This document shows, piece after piece, positions 51,579 to 51,609 of a stretch of 51,609 nucleotides of DNA. Position 1 is the first letter of the stretch. Each line of letters opens with the position of its first letter. The stretch covers positions 1 through 51,609 of the forward strand of contig NW_021831903.1 in assembly GCF_006345805.1 (NCBI RefSeq), read 5' to 3'. The translations under genes and the position numbers were made by a program. Under the pieces are notes generated by a model. The model was not told the origin of the DNA. It searched no databases and saw nothing but the letters and a program-made list of their open reading frames with translations. This DNA comes from Octopus sinensis. Its lineage: Eukaryota.

Positions 51579-51609
<31 letters not shown>

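Overview
AT-rich eukaryotic non-coding DNA, most likely intronic or intergenic sequence from an octopus. The organism call is recognition from the microsatellite load and three tRNA-derived SINE families, not a database result. Nearly every ORF in the supplied track is a microsatellite translation, and no host gene can be named. The only recognisable protein remnants are from retroelements: a Penelope-like GIY-YIG endonuclease fragment (~44.7 kb) and R4/Dong-type restriction-like endonuclease fragments in (TAA)n (42.9-43.9 kb). The most notable signal, found by manual base-pairing, is a cluster of type I hammerhead ribozyme motifs in the last 15 kb. Two have an intact CUGAUGA/GAAA/NUH core (46733-46796 minus, 50599-50674 plus), and both close stem II with an unusual A.C. 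There is also a three-copy mini-hammerhead family with a CUGU core, one motif at the tail of a tRNA-headed composite element, and a decayed one in the loop of a fold-back. Other structure includes a 2.2-kb dyad-symmetric 25-bp minisatellite, a 388-bp triplication, two long fold-backs, a Helitron-like element between duplicated flanks, and several unverified candidate small exons. All structures were read by eye; none was computed or tested.
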